This document shows positions 28,385 through 37,452 of a stretch of DNA of 64,000 nucleotides, in pieces. Numbering within the stretch: position 1 is the first letter of the stretch; each line of letters opens with the position of its first letter. The notes below the pieces were generated by a model that saw only the letters and a program-made list of their open reading frames with translations, was not told the origin of the DNA and did no database searches. The position numbers and the translations under genes are program-made. The stretch is from an uncultured virus (IMG/VR IMGVR_UViG_3300021164_000690) (Duplodnaviria; Heunggongvirae; Uroviricota; Caudoviricetes): the IMG/VR virus record IMGVR_UViG_3300021164_000690, one strand, 5' to 3'.

Positions 28385-29017
28385 TTAGCTTTCTAAAATT
28401 TCCAAGCAATGATTCCAGTGTGAAATACGGTCATCAAGACCAATAGTTCCACCATTAATACGTTTGCTCAGTGCTACTACATCGCCAGTATCACAAATTG
28501 CGTTTAAATTGTTTTTCTTCCAGAACCAGCAAGCACTTAGTACTGCATATTCTGGTGTTCGTAAAAGATCTGGATCTTCTACAAGTGTATCATCACCAAA
28601 AAGATCTTTACTACATTGCGTGTAGTTACTCTTACCAGTCAATTGAAGTAATCCACGACCACGATATTTCCAGCCTTCTCCGCTAGTTTCGTCACCATTG
28701 CCCATACGACTTGAGTATACACGATTAGCAATCATCTCTGGTTTGCGTTCGTATTGTACTGCAATGTCGTCTGTTGGAAAATACTTGCCAAATGTGCCAC
28801 GTAAGCCTTTGGCTCCGTAGTTTAAGTTTTCTTGTAGTAGATTAAAATCACCACTTTCGTGCTGACATTGCGAAATAAATCCAGCGACTCTTGCTGGAGT
28901 ATTAATCTCGAACTGTGGTAAATGCTCTGCAAGTGCTTTGAACCATGATTCAGGATCTTTATTTTTGCTAATACAAGCGGCTACCTTTTCTAGTGTAAAA
29001 TCAAAATCAAAACTCAT
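28385..29017 (-). CDS. glycoside hydrolase family 19 endolysin
   Basis: Q-x-x-HESG, ENLNY, YRGRGLLQLTGKSNY, SACWFW, RINGG-x-x-GL-x-DR. Confidence 0.92.
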   Translation of the reverse strand: MSFDFDFTLEKVAACISKNKDPESWFKALAEHLPQFEINTPARVAGFISQCQHESGDFNLLQENLNYGAKGLRGTFGKYFPTDDIAVQYERKPEMIANRVYSSRMGNGDETSGEGWKYRGRGLLQLTGKSNYTQCSKDLFGDDTLVEDPDLLRTPEYAVLSACWFWKKNNLNAICDTGDVVALSKRINGGTIGLDDRISHWNHCLEILES

Positions 29018-29051
29018 TTTATTTCTCCATTGTAGTGTATTTATTGGTTTA

Positions 29052-29345
29052 TTAATCTATTGGTTTTTCACCAGTTAGATATGGTCTTGAAAACCACAAT
29101 TTAAACCACTCGGGCGTACCCGGTTTAATATCATGCTTCTTCATAAGGGCTCCTTTACTGTCACCCGTTGCACTGATATTACTTCCTTGCATACCTCTGT
29201 ATTCTTGTAGTTTAGCTTGCCCGCCTAAACCTCCGCCAATACCTGCAAGTGCTTTTAGTTCATGTATAGGATCATTGGGATCAAGATAGCAGTCATCGCT
29301 ACTATCCGTGTTTAAATCCTGTGTAGTGATCCTATACTGTTTCAT
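29052..29345 (-). CDS. hypothetical phage protein
   Basis: 97 aa, IKPGTPEWFKLWF. Confidence 0.75.
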   Translation of the reverse strand: MKQYRITTQDLNTDSSDDCYLDPNDPIHELKALAGIGGGLGGQAKLQEYRGMQGSNISATGDSKGALMKKHDIKPGTPEWFKLWFSRPYLTGEKPID

Positions 29346-29347
29346 AA

Positions 29348-30376
29348 TTATTTTTTTGGTTCCCAGTATCTTCCATTACCAAATGCTTTATCTGCAAGAT
29401 CTTTTTGGAATCCCCATGTGCGTCCGCTCTTATTATATTTTGCCTTAGACCATTTACCACTCTTAGTTTGTTTGATTCCGTAGCTGGCTGCTTCGTCTTC
29501 TCTGCCAGCTGGCACGTTATAAAAATACCTACCTACTACTACTGGTTTAGAATCTTGCTGGCGTTGCCATTCATCTTCGTGTCCTAGTTCATGTTCCATT
29601 TCACGACGTTTGAAATCACGTTTTTCATAGTCCATTTGATTTTGTTGATAGCGATCATAATCGCTTGGACTCATTAAGTCTGGGTTACGAGAGTTTTCTG
29701 CTGCCATTTTGTCTTTCTTTACTCTTACTTTGGGTTTTGCAAAGTCTTGCATACGCTGTAATGCAGTTTGCATTAGTTGTTTGACTTTTTCATCGTCAAT
29801 TTCTGGATTCATTGAATCACGCCATACTTGAAACTTTTCCTCATCGCTCATGTTGGGGTCTAACAATGCTTGACGCATAGGTGTAGCACGTGGACCTTCC
29901 TCTTCTCTGCTTGGATCATTAGTTTCTTGACGTGCAATTACTTTTAAATCATCTAAACCAAACTGCTTATACGGTTCAACTCCAGACTTGTCTGGACGTA
30001 CTAGGTATTGGAATGCATTAACCTGGTCAGCACCAACAACTACAGTAACATTACCATAGCCCATAGTAGCTAACTTTTTAAGTACTCTATTCAAGTCAGG
30101 CATTTCATCAGTTGCTGTGTTGAACACTTTGGGATTATTTGGAAATACTTGATTGTAAATGTCTAATTTTTCATCAGGACTTAACGGATCATCTTTGCCC
30201 ATTGTTTTGCTGATTACAAAATATGGATCGGCACCATCATCTTTTGCCTGTGTTAAAACGCTACTGGCCAGCATCATGTGACCTTTGTGCCCCATGCCAC
30301 GGCCCCAGCCTACAACTGCGTTTTTACTTTCGCCAGTACGGTCTAAATTCTCTATCAATAGTTCACGTAATCTCAT
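29348..30376 (-). CDS. HxGH-superfamily (cytidylyltransferase/NMNAT-like) nucleotidyltransferase
   Basis: WGRGMGHKGH, DPLS-x-x-EK, VVGADQ, RATPMR (SAT-x-x-R equivalent). Confidence 0.75.
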   Translation of the reverse strand: MRLRELLIENLDRTGESKNAVVGWGRGMGHKGHMMLASSVLTQAKDDGADPYFVISKTMGKDDPLSPDEKLDIYNQVFPNNPKVFNTATDEMPDLNRVLKKLATMGYGNVTVVVGADQVNAFQYLVRPDKSGVEPYKQFGLDDLKVIARQETNDPSREEEGPRATPMRQALLDPNMSDEEKFQVWRDSMNPEIDDEKVKQLMQTALQRMQDFAKPKVRVKKDKMAAENSRNPDLMSPSDYDRYQQNQMDYEKRDFKRREMEHELGHEDEWQRQQDSKPVVVGRYFYNVPAGREDEAASYGIKQTKSGKWSKAKYNKSGRTWGFQKDLADKAFGNGRYWEPKK

Positions 30377-31527
30377 TAGTCTTTCCTTGGAGCCCAGTTA
30401 GCTTGGTCAATTGCCTTAACAAACTGTCCTGGAACATCACGTTTAAATTCTCCGCCTGGATGGGCCTGAACATAACCTTCAGGTTTAGTTTGCTTAATGC
30501 CGCTATGTGTGCCTGCACCTAATGCAGTAATTAAATTCATCTTAGCAGCAGTTATCATCTCCACAGTGGTTAGAACTGCATCTAATCCTGGATCAGATAA
30601 AACTTTTTGTGCCATAGCTGCCGACATCTTTTTAGCTGCTACTTGATTCTTAATCCAAGACTGAAATTTATTTTTAACTCCAGCTACACGTAAATTTTGA
30701 TTAAAGAATGTATATAATATATCACCCACTTTGCTTAGTCCTGGCTTGGGTGCTAAAAAGGCATCAATAGCATCTGCATTTGCATCAATGTATTGCTCAA
30801 TTTGATCTAACTCACTATCATCAACATCTGGAGCTTCTTCAACATAAGTTGTGCCTTGCACAATAACGTCTGGTGTACTTAATTCTTCTGCGTTGGGATA
30901 ACGTGTTTCATCGCTAGTTCCCATTGTTTCGTAATAGCCAGTTGCTGCCACCATAACTTTTGCAGTTCTAATTCTTTTACCCAAGTCACTATCTGCTGGA
31001 ATATGAAAACTAGTAATGTTTGGTGTAAAATCGTAATCGCCTGTTTTGGGATTTAATTTTGCTGGTTGTCCAGGATGAAATAAAATACCACCTTCAATAT
31101 ATCCAACCTCTGGACTAATTTTTTCAAAGTAACTCCACAAACTTGCCATTTGATTAGCATAGTTTTGGCGTTGTTTTTCTTTACCAGGTTCTGTATTACC
31201 AGTACCTAAAATAAAATTTCTAATGTCTTCTGGACTATTCATTTCAGTACTAACACCGCTCTTGGTCTGTGTTGTACCACGCTTCAAATAATCCCACGCA
31301 TTTTTAGGAAATAAACGGAAAACACCATCCTCATCACGACCCCAGTATACAACTGGACTGCCGTCCCACTTTAATTCAATTGAACCAGATTGTTTGCCCA
31401 TGCTACGTAAACGTTCAACTGCATGGTGCGCTCCGTTACTGCCGTTAGTAAACGCCAAGTCTTCAATGTGTTGATACTTACGACCTACTTTGGGTGGAGC
31501 TGCTTCAAATAGTTCTCTTAATCTCAT
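30376..31527 (-). CDS. RNA/DNA-ligase-like covalent nucleotidyltransferase-fold protein (DUF6267-like)
   Basis: HIED, KWDGSP (motif I KxDG), EG, PEGYV (motif IV), VKAID (motif V). Confidence 0.7.
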   Translation of the reverse strand: MRLRELFEAAPPKVGRKYQHIEDLAFTNGSNGAHHAVERLRSMGKQSGSIELKWDGSPVVYWGRDEDGVFRLFPKNAWDYLKRGTTQTKSGVSTEMNSPEDIRNFILGTGNTEPGKEKQRQNYANQMASLWSYFEKISPEVGYIEGGILFHPGQPAKLNPKTGDYDFTPNITSFHIPADSDLGKRIRTAKVMVAATGYYETMGTSDETRYPNAEELSTPDVIVQGTTYVEEAPDVDDSELDQIEQYIDANADAIDAFLAPKPGLSKVGDILYTFFNQNLRVAGVKNKFQSWIKNQVAAKKMSAAMAQKVLSDPGLDAVLTTVEMITAAKMNLITALGAGTHSGIKQTKPEGYVQAHPGGEFKRDVPGQFVKAIDQANWAPRKD

Positions 31528-32399
31528 TTCAACATCCTTAGTGTGCGACTAAACCATTCGTTAGTACCGACTGTGGGAGTTGCGGCTTGCCAACTGCTAG
31601 ATGCCTTTGCCTTGTCGAAAATTTCATTACGTTTTGCTTCGTCTGGAATAGCATCCATTATACTTTCAACACTGCCTAAACTATCTGCATTTGCGTTTGG
31701 TCCAAGTAACGTTTGAGCAATAACATTTAAATCATCACTAATAAACTCTGCCTTCTTACCAGCAGCATCGCGTTTGTAAAGACCTTCGTCTGGACTCCAC
31801 AAAAATCCTCCACTGCTAGCAAGTGTATTAATCATCATTTGTTTATTAACACCTTTGTATGGACTGCCTGGTGGGATAGCGTGGTGATGAAATCTACTTA
31901 CAATTTCTGCTTTAGGAACAATTTTAATGTCCACTTGATAAAAACCTTCACCATAAGGAATGAGTGTATGAACTGTTACACCAGCTTTGTGGGTTTTTAA
32001 ACCTTTTTCTTTTAAGAAATCATCTAACGCTTGACGTGTTGTTTTTCCATCTTTAGTCTTAAAGAATCTAGCAGCATCATTTAAATCTGCCATAACGTCT
32101 AAGTCGCCAGATCTTTTTGGTTTTAGTTCAACACCTTGTGGTAATTCTCCAGTGTTGTATTTGTCTGCGTATGCTTTAACTGGAACAAACTTTTGTTCAC
32201 GCTCTCTGTAGATACCAATAAGCTCACCACCTAAATAAGCATTTTGCGTAGGCGTAGCACTACTACCAATGACATGAATCTTTAGACCAATTTCACTGAC
32301 AAACTCTTCAGTGGTTTGAACTAAACCGTCAATCATTTCAACAGTTTGTTCGTAATCAGTACTCTCAGGCCAAATGTTGCCGCCTTCGTTTAAAATCAT
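31524..32399 (-). CDS. Pol-beta-superfamily nucleotidyltransferase
   Basis: IGSS...SGDLDV...YQVDI catalytic signature; SPYKGV. Confidence 0.7.
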   Translation of the reverse strand: MILNEGGNIWPESTDYEQTVEMIDGLVQTTEEFVSEIGLKIHVIGSSATPTQNAYLGGELIGIYREREQKFVPVKAYADKYNTGELPQGVELKPKRSGDLDVMADLNDAARFFKTKDGKTTRQALDDFLKEKGLKTHKAGVTVHTLIPYGEGFYQVDIKIVPKAEIVSRFHHHAIPPGSPYKGVNKQMMINTLASSGGFLWSPDEGLYKRDAAGKKAEFISDDLNVIAQTLLGPNANADSLGSVESIMDAIPDEAKRNEIFDKAKASSSWQAATPTVGTNEWFSRTLRMLK

Positions 32400-32800
32400 T
32401 TGTAAGCCCCTTCACGCATATTCGTCATCTCAGATTCGTGAATTTTCTTACAAATTTCTTCAATCATTTCTTTATCTAATTCGTCTCTAAGTTCTCTTAA
32501 TGGGAATTCGTCTTTGTATATGCTATACGCTTTTGTAACAACTGGTTTAAACACTCTGTGCGAAAATGATTGACCTTGATCAAACTGTTTCTTACATAAG
32601 TTTAATATAGGAAAGAATTTTTTACGATAAAAATCATCGTTGTTGTGCATGAAATAGATAATGTCTTCAGCAAGATCGAATGAATATTCGTCATCTGCTG
32701 AGCTATGATCATTGGTCTTTTTATTCAGCCCAATTTTATCTAGCTCAAGTTCATCATCTATGCTCTTTGATGTATTATTGAATAGTTCTGTAATTTTCAT
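32396..32800 (-). CDS. hypothetical phage protein, possibly virion-associated
   Basis: MKITELF N-terminus; first gene of the NTase unit. Confidence 0.7.
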   Translation of the reverse strand: MKITELFNNTSKSIDDELELDKIGLNKKTNDHSSADDEYSFDLAEDIIYFMHNNDDFYRKKFFPILNLCKKQFDQGQSFSHRVFKPVVTKAYSIYKDEFPLRELRDELDKEMIEEICKKIHESEMTNMREGAYK

Positions 32801-32890
32801 ATATGTCCAAGCTGTAAGACTAATAACGTACTCATATTAATCCGCCGTTCGTATATTTAGCTAATTTAGCTTCTAAGGAGATTGTTCTGT

Positions 32891-33553
32891 TTAAGCTGGA
32901 ATTGCGTTGATTACGCGGTCTATTCTGCTGATTTCACTGCCTAAAAACATCTTCACCATGGTAAGAGACTTCTCATCTTTAACATAGAAGTAACTGCCTC
33001 CCCATGAATAGTCAGCTGACAATTCTTGTATGCATTTCTTAGTTAATCGAACTTTGTCACTAGTATTAGCCCATTTAATAAAGCTGTCGTAACTAGTACG
33101 AGTCTTACCCATGGTTATTTTGAATTCAAAATCAATCTTAGGTAAAAATACAGTGTTCTTTTCCAACTTGGGATACAAGAATTCGTCTGGAATACTAACA
33201 TACTTTGTACGATCAATATCAACAGACGTTAACGATACTACATCGTTAAAATCATTAGTGTAAAAACTTAATAACGGATGTTCAACTCTAATATCAAAGT
33301 TTTGAAAACTTGATAGTTTGTGTTCGAGAATTAAGCAAAAATCTAAATCCGCTAAACTTCTTAATTTACTCCATGGGGGAGACAATAAGGGTAGTTTAGT
33401 TGGATCAATTGCTTTTAGTTTGTGCCTTGCAAAGTCTAAATCACAACCCCTAAACCAAGCTGAAACTGGACATACCAGTACTGCCTTGTACTGGTATTTG
33501 TCCATAAAAAGTTTTTTAGTTTTCTTGACTAGTATTTTCTGGTTGAGTTTCAT
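32891..33553 (-). CDS. hypothetical protein
   Basis: 220 aa ORF. Confidence 0.7.
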   Translation of the reverse strand: MKLNQKILVKKTKKLFMDKYQYKAVLVCPVSAWFRGCDLDFARHKLKAIDPTKLPLLSPPWSKLRSLADLDFCLILEHKLSSFQNFDIRVEHPLLSFYTNDFNDVVSLTSVDIDRTKYVSIPDEFLYPKLEKNTVFLPKIDFEFKITMGKTRTSYDSFIKWANTSDKVRLTKKCIQELSADYSWGGSYFYVKDEKSLTMVKMFLGSEISRIDRVINAIPA

Positions 33554-35783
33554 TTTCTAGCAATAATGGCTTGATTATTTTTATTCTCTTAGTAAGAGTA
33601 ATTTCACCGTTTAACGAGCCAATAGTCAAATGCCCGCCATTCTTTAGTTCACCAAATAACATCATCTTACTTAGCGGACGTTTAATTAGTTGATCAATAG
33701 TTCTCTGCAAAGGACGAGCACCCATTTTTGAATCAAATCCTTTTTCAATTAGTAGTTCAATTGCAGATTTGTCAATCTTAATTTTAATGCCCTTTTCTTT
33801 GACCTGTGCGCTCAATTCTGCAATAAACTTGTTAACAACCTTAACCATAATGTCTTTGCCAAGTTTCTTAAAGGTAACAACAGCATCTAATCGATTACGG
33901 AATTCTGGAGCAAAAAACTTCTTTAGATCAGAATCAGTGTAGTCTTTTTCTTGTGCACCAAAGCCAATTTGATTTTTTTCACTTGCTTGTGCGCCAGCGT
34001 TAGTGGTCAATATAAGAATCAAGTTTCGGCAATCAGCTTTCTTACCATTGCTGCCAGTAACAAACCCGTTATCCATTAGCTGTAACAAAATTGTACTTAC
34101 GTCTGGATGTGATTTTTCAACTTCATCAAACAATAATACACAATTTGGATTCTCTTGAATTTGTGTAATTAGCAAGCCAGCATTTTCTTCAAAGCCAACA
34201 TATCCTGGGGGACTACCGATTAGTTTAGACACACTGTGTTTTTCTTGATATTCACTCATATCAAAGCGAATAAGTTTAACACCTAACTGTTTAGCAAGTG
34301 CTTTTGCAGTTTCAGTTTTACCACAACCAGTTGGACCCATAAACACAAAACTACCAACTGGTTTATTATCAGCTTTAAGTCCTGCACGGGCAACAAGAAT
34401 TTTATCAACTACTTCTGTAATAGCAGTATCTTGCCCATACACCTCTGCTTGTAACTCTGTTTCCAAAGTAGACAAATTACTGGATTCAGTTTCGGCAATT
34501 TGCTCTGCTGGCATTTGAACCATTTGTGCTAGTTCGTATTGGATTTCACGTTCACCAACAACTCGTTCATCTGCAAGTTTTAAGTTAAATCGAGAACATG
34601 CACAGTCAATTAAGTCAATTGCTTTATCAGGCAACTTCTTATCTGCTTGATATTTAACGGACAACTTAATTGCAACATGTAAAGCTTCATCAAGAATTTT
34701 AACTTTATGATGACCCTCGTAATACTTCTTAAGACCTTTTAGAATTTGCAATGCTACTTCTGGAGTGGGCTCATCAACTGTAATGCGTTGGAAACGACGC
34801 ATGAGCGCACGATCTTTTTCAAAGTGCTTGCGATATTCATCCCATGTAGTTGACGCTACAACTTTAATGTTACCTTTGCTTAATGCAGGCTTCATCATGT
34901 TGGCAAGGTCATTGGCACTATTTCCAGAACTGCCAGCACCGCTAATCATGTGTGCTTCGTCAATAAACAGTACAGTCTTGCCTTTCTTTTCTAATGCTTT
35001 GAGAACAAGTTTAAAACGTTCTTCAAAATCTCCACGATATTTAGATCCAGCAAGCATGGCACTGATATCTAAATTAAACACTTGGTAATCTTTTAGAAAA
35101 TCTGGAACTGCACCATTAACAATGTTAAAAGCAAGGCCTTCAGCAATAGCGGTTTTACCAACTCCTGGATCACCAACTAGCATTACGTTATTTTTACTTC
35201 TACGTCCCATTGCTAGAGCAATATTTTCTAATTCTTCAATACGACCTATTACAGGGTCAATTTTATTCTTCTTAACTGAATCGTTAAGATTGGTTGTGAA
35301 TGCTTTTAACGCTCTTTCGCTTTGATTATCATGCACTTCTTCTTCGCCGCTTTCTACTTCGTTGTTAATGTAATCGGCAAATTTATCTTTGTCAATTTCT
35401 GCTTGTTGAATATAATATAATGCCCATGATCGTTTTTCACCCATCATTGCTAGGAAAACGTCTGATGGTTCAATTTGTTGACGACCATTAAACAACACTT
35501 GTGTAAACGCACGATTTAACACACGTTCAACTGCTTGTGTCTTTTTAGGTTTACCAACGGTATTGGTCACAATATCGTTGAGTTTAGTTTTTAGATAATG
35601 TTCAAGATTTTTTTTGATATACTCGGGATCAGCACCGTATCCTTGAACACATTTAAAGAAACTTTCTTCGCACAGCATGGAAAAAAGCAAATGCTCAACA
35701 GTCAAGTACTCGTGTTGTAGTTTTTTGGCTACATCAATGGCCTTTTCAAAAACTAACTTTAAATTCTCACTTGGTTCTACCAT
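33516..35783 (-). CDS. clpA: ATP-dependent Clp protease ATP-binding subunit ClpA
   Basis: HEYLTVEHLL, GDPGVGKT, GSKYRGDFEER, GPTGCGKT, RFDMSEY, IGF loop, GARPL. Confidence 0.93.
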   Translation of the reverse strand: MVEPSENLKLVFEKAIDVAKKLQHEYLTVEHLLFSMLCEESFFKCVQGYGADPEYIKKNLEHYLKTKLNDIVTNTVGKPKKTQAVERVLNRAFTQVLFNGRQQIEPSDVFLAMMGEKRSWALYYIQQAEIDKDKFADYINNEVESGEEEVHDNQSERALKAFTTNLNDSVKKNKIDPVIGRIEELENIALAMGRRSKNNVMLVGDPGVGKTAIAEGLAFNIVNGAVPDFLKDYQVFNLDISAMLAGSKYRGDFEERFKLVLKALEKKGKTVLFIDEAHMISGAGSSGNSANDLANMMKPALSKGNIKVVASTTWDEYRKHFEKDRALMRRFQRITVDEPTPEVALQILKGLKKYYEGHHKVKILDEALHVAIKLSVKYQADKKLPDKAIDLIDCACSRFNLKLADERVVGEREIQYELAQMVQMPAEQIAETESSNLSTLETELQAEVYGQDTAITEVVDKILVARAGLKADNKPVGSFVFMGPTGCGKTETAKALAKQLGVKLIRFDMSEYQEKHSVSKLIGSPPGYVGFEENAGLLITQIQENPNCVLLFDEVEKSHPDVSTILLQLMDNGFVTGSNGKKADCRNLILILTTNAGAQASEKNQIGFGAQEKDYTDSDLKKFFAPEFRNRLDAVVTFKKLGKDIMVKVVNKFIAELSAQVKEKGIKIKIDKSAIELLIEKGFDSKMGARPLQRTIDQLIKRPLSKMMLFGELKNGGHLTIGSLNGEITLTKRIKIIKPLLLENETQPENTSQEN

Positions 35784-35830
35784 TCTCGTTCCTTTGTTAT
35801 TATATCAGATAAACAATACCTTCAAACTCT

Positions 35831-35858
35831 ATTATATACGAAACTTGTAACTTGTCAA
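35831..35858 (-). promoter_or_regulatory. sigma70-type promoter for clpA
   Basis: TTGACA-16 bp-TATAAT. Confidence 0.75.
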
Positions 35859-35873
35859 GTTATTTTTTAGAAG

Positions 35874-36710
35874 TTATTGAGGTAAATTATTAATTTCTTT
35901 TTGAATGGCTTCTAGTTTGGCTCTTATTGTACTATCAGTAATTGATGGAACTTTGACATTAACAATAATGATAAAATTACCAGTTTGTCTATGCCTTGAG
36001 TTTTGAAACCCCATTCCAGAACACGAATATTCGTCACCGTGTTGAACACCTGGACGAATCTTGACCTGTAAAGTTTTATCATCAATTGTACGGATCATTT
36101 TTTCAACGCCTAGCATAGCGTCAAATGTGGATAATTCAATTTGCGTACAAATGTCATCTCCACGTCTAAAATATTGTAAATCAGGATCTACAAATATAGT
36201 AACGTTCAAGTTGCCTCTTGGGGCGCCTGGAATACTATCGTCGCCTAATCCATTATAGCGTATAGTTTGTCCAGTTTCAATGCCAGGTGGGATATTAATT
36301 ACAACACTTTGTTGTTTACCAGTCATCATTTGATATAGTGCTTCTAGTTCTTTACCCAAGAAGCTGTCTTTTAATGATATGTTGAGACGAATGCCCAAAT
36401 CTCTGTTGCGTCTAGATTGTTGGTGAAAACCGGCAAATCCTGGACCGAACCTAAATCCAAACATTTCATTAATGTCGTGGAAGCCGCCAGCACTGCCAAA
36501 GGGATTCCATTCTTGTTGTGAACCGCCAGCATCGTACTCAGCTCGTTTTTGTTCATCGCTTAACGTGCGATACGCTTCTTCAATTTCTTTGAATTTCTTT
36601 TCGTCACCACCGCGATCTGGGTGATGCTTCATAGCCAAGGCACGATATGCTTTTTTGATATCTGCCTGGCTGCAATTAGATTGTAATCCGAGAGTTTCGT
36701 AGTAGGTCAT
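35874..36710 (-). CDS. DnaJ-family co-chaperone, class B/CbpA-like (no Zn finger)
   Basis: J domain YYETLG...HHPDRGG, G/F linker, C-terminal DnaJ domain; start ATG 36710 or 36713. Confidence 0.92.
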   Translation of the reverse strand: MTYYETLGLQSNCSQADIKKAYRALAMKHHPDRGGDEKKFKEIEEAYRTLSDEQKRAEYDAGGSQQEWNPFGSAGGFHDINEMFGFRFGPGFAGFHQQSRRNRDLGIRLNISLKDSFLGKELEALYQMMTGKQQSVVINIPPGIETGQTIRYNGLGDDSIPGAPRGNLNVTIFVDPDLQYFRRGDDICTQIELSTFDAMLGVEKMIRTIDDKTLQVKIRPGVQHGDEYSCSGMGFQNSRHRQTGNFIIIVNVKVPSITDSTIRAKLEAIQKEINNLPQ

Positions 36711-36716
36711 CATATA

Positions 36717-36748
36717 ATTATACAACATGTTGACCTACTAGTCAACAT
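36717..36748 (-). promoter_or_regulatory. sigma70-type promoter with inverted repeat over -35; predicted +1 at ATG 36710
   Basis: TTGACT-17 bp-TATAAT; atgttgac-N6-gtcaacat. Confidence 0.85.
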
Positions 36749-36756
36749 TCTGATTA

Positions 36757-37287
36757 TCAATCCCTTAGAGGCATATCCCCGTCATCCATTGGTTTGCTGG
36801 ATGCTGGTTTTTTAACAGCCATTGGGGTTACTGGTGTTGGAGACGTTGCCGCTCCAAATCCTGTATTACCACCAAAGCTACTTGGTGTTGGGCTTGCTGC
36901 CGGAGAACCAAATCCTCCTGGTGCTGCACCAAATCCTGATTGTGGTTGGCTAGGTGTTGAAGATCCGTTTGCAAAACCTGCTCCTGGTGTTTGTATTCCG
37001 CCATTGTTTGCTCCTGCCATTTTTTCTTGTGTACGACCAAATGCTGCAATACCCAACACAGCACCCATAGCAATATGGAACAAGCCAGCACCTTGTAGTG
37101 TTAGTGGATTCCATTGGCTTGTAACTGATCCACCATTTAATGACTGTAACAAACTCCATAACACTGGAAATACAACCATGTCCATGGTGCAGACCAACAT
37201 GTACATCCAACCCATCATTGGACGCCATTTTGAATTCATCCAATCTTCTTTTTTCTTTTCGCTTTCGCTTTTAATTTCTTCTGACAT
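36757..37287 (-). CDS. holin (GTA 3TM-holin-like) with low-complexity tail
   Basis: KWRP-x-MGW, TM segments, LG-x-x-x-FGRTQEK; next to spanins. Confidence 0.75.
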   Translation of the reverse strand: MSEEIKSESEKKKEDWMNSKWRPMMGWMYMLVCTMDMVVFPVLWSLLQSLNGGSVTSQWNPLTLQGAGLFHIAMGAVLGIAAFGRTQEKMAGANNGGIQTPGAGFANGSSTPSQPQSGFGAAPGGFGSPAASPTPSSFGGNTGFGAATSPTPVTPMAVKKPASSKPMDDGDMPLRD

Positions 37288-37309
37288 TTAGTTCGCTCCT
37301 ATTTGTCTA

Positions 37310-37426
37310 TTACTTTTTAGCAATCATTGTTTGAATTTTTTCCTGAATTGCCTTAGCCCAGAAAGGCTGTGGAAAATTCCAACCTACAAATGCTCCTACT
37401 GCTACCCATAATAAAATATCTAACAT
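37310..37426 (-). CDS. small membrane protein (38 aa, not in ORF track) in lysis cassette
   Basis: MLDILLWVAVGAFVGWNFPQPFWAKAIQEKIQTMIAKK, GAGGAG SD. Confidence 0.75.
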   Translation of the reverse strand: MLDILLWVAVGAFVGWNFPQPFWAKAIQEKIQTMIAKK

Positions 37427-37452
37427 AATAACGCTCCTCAGTGTTTATGATA

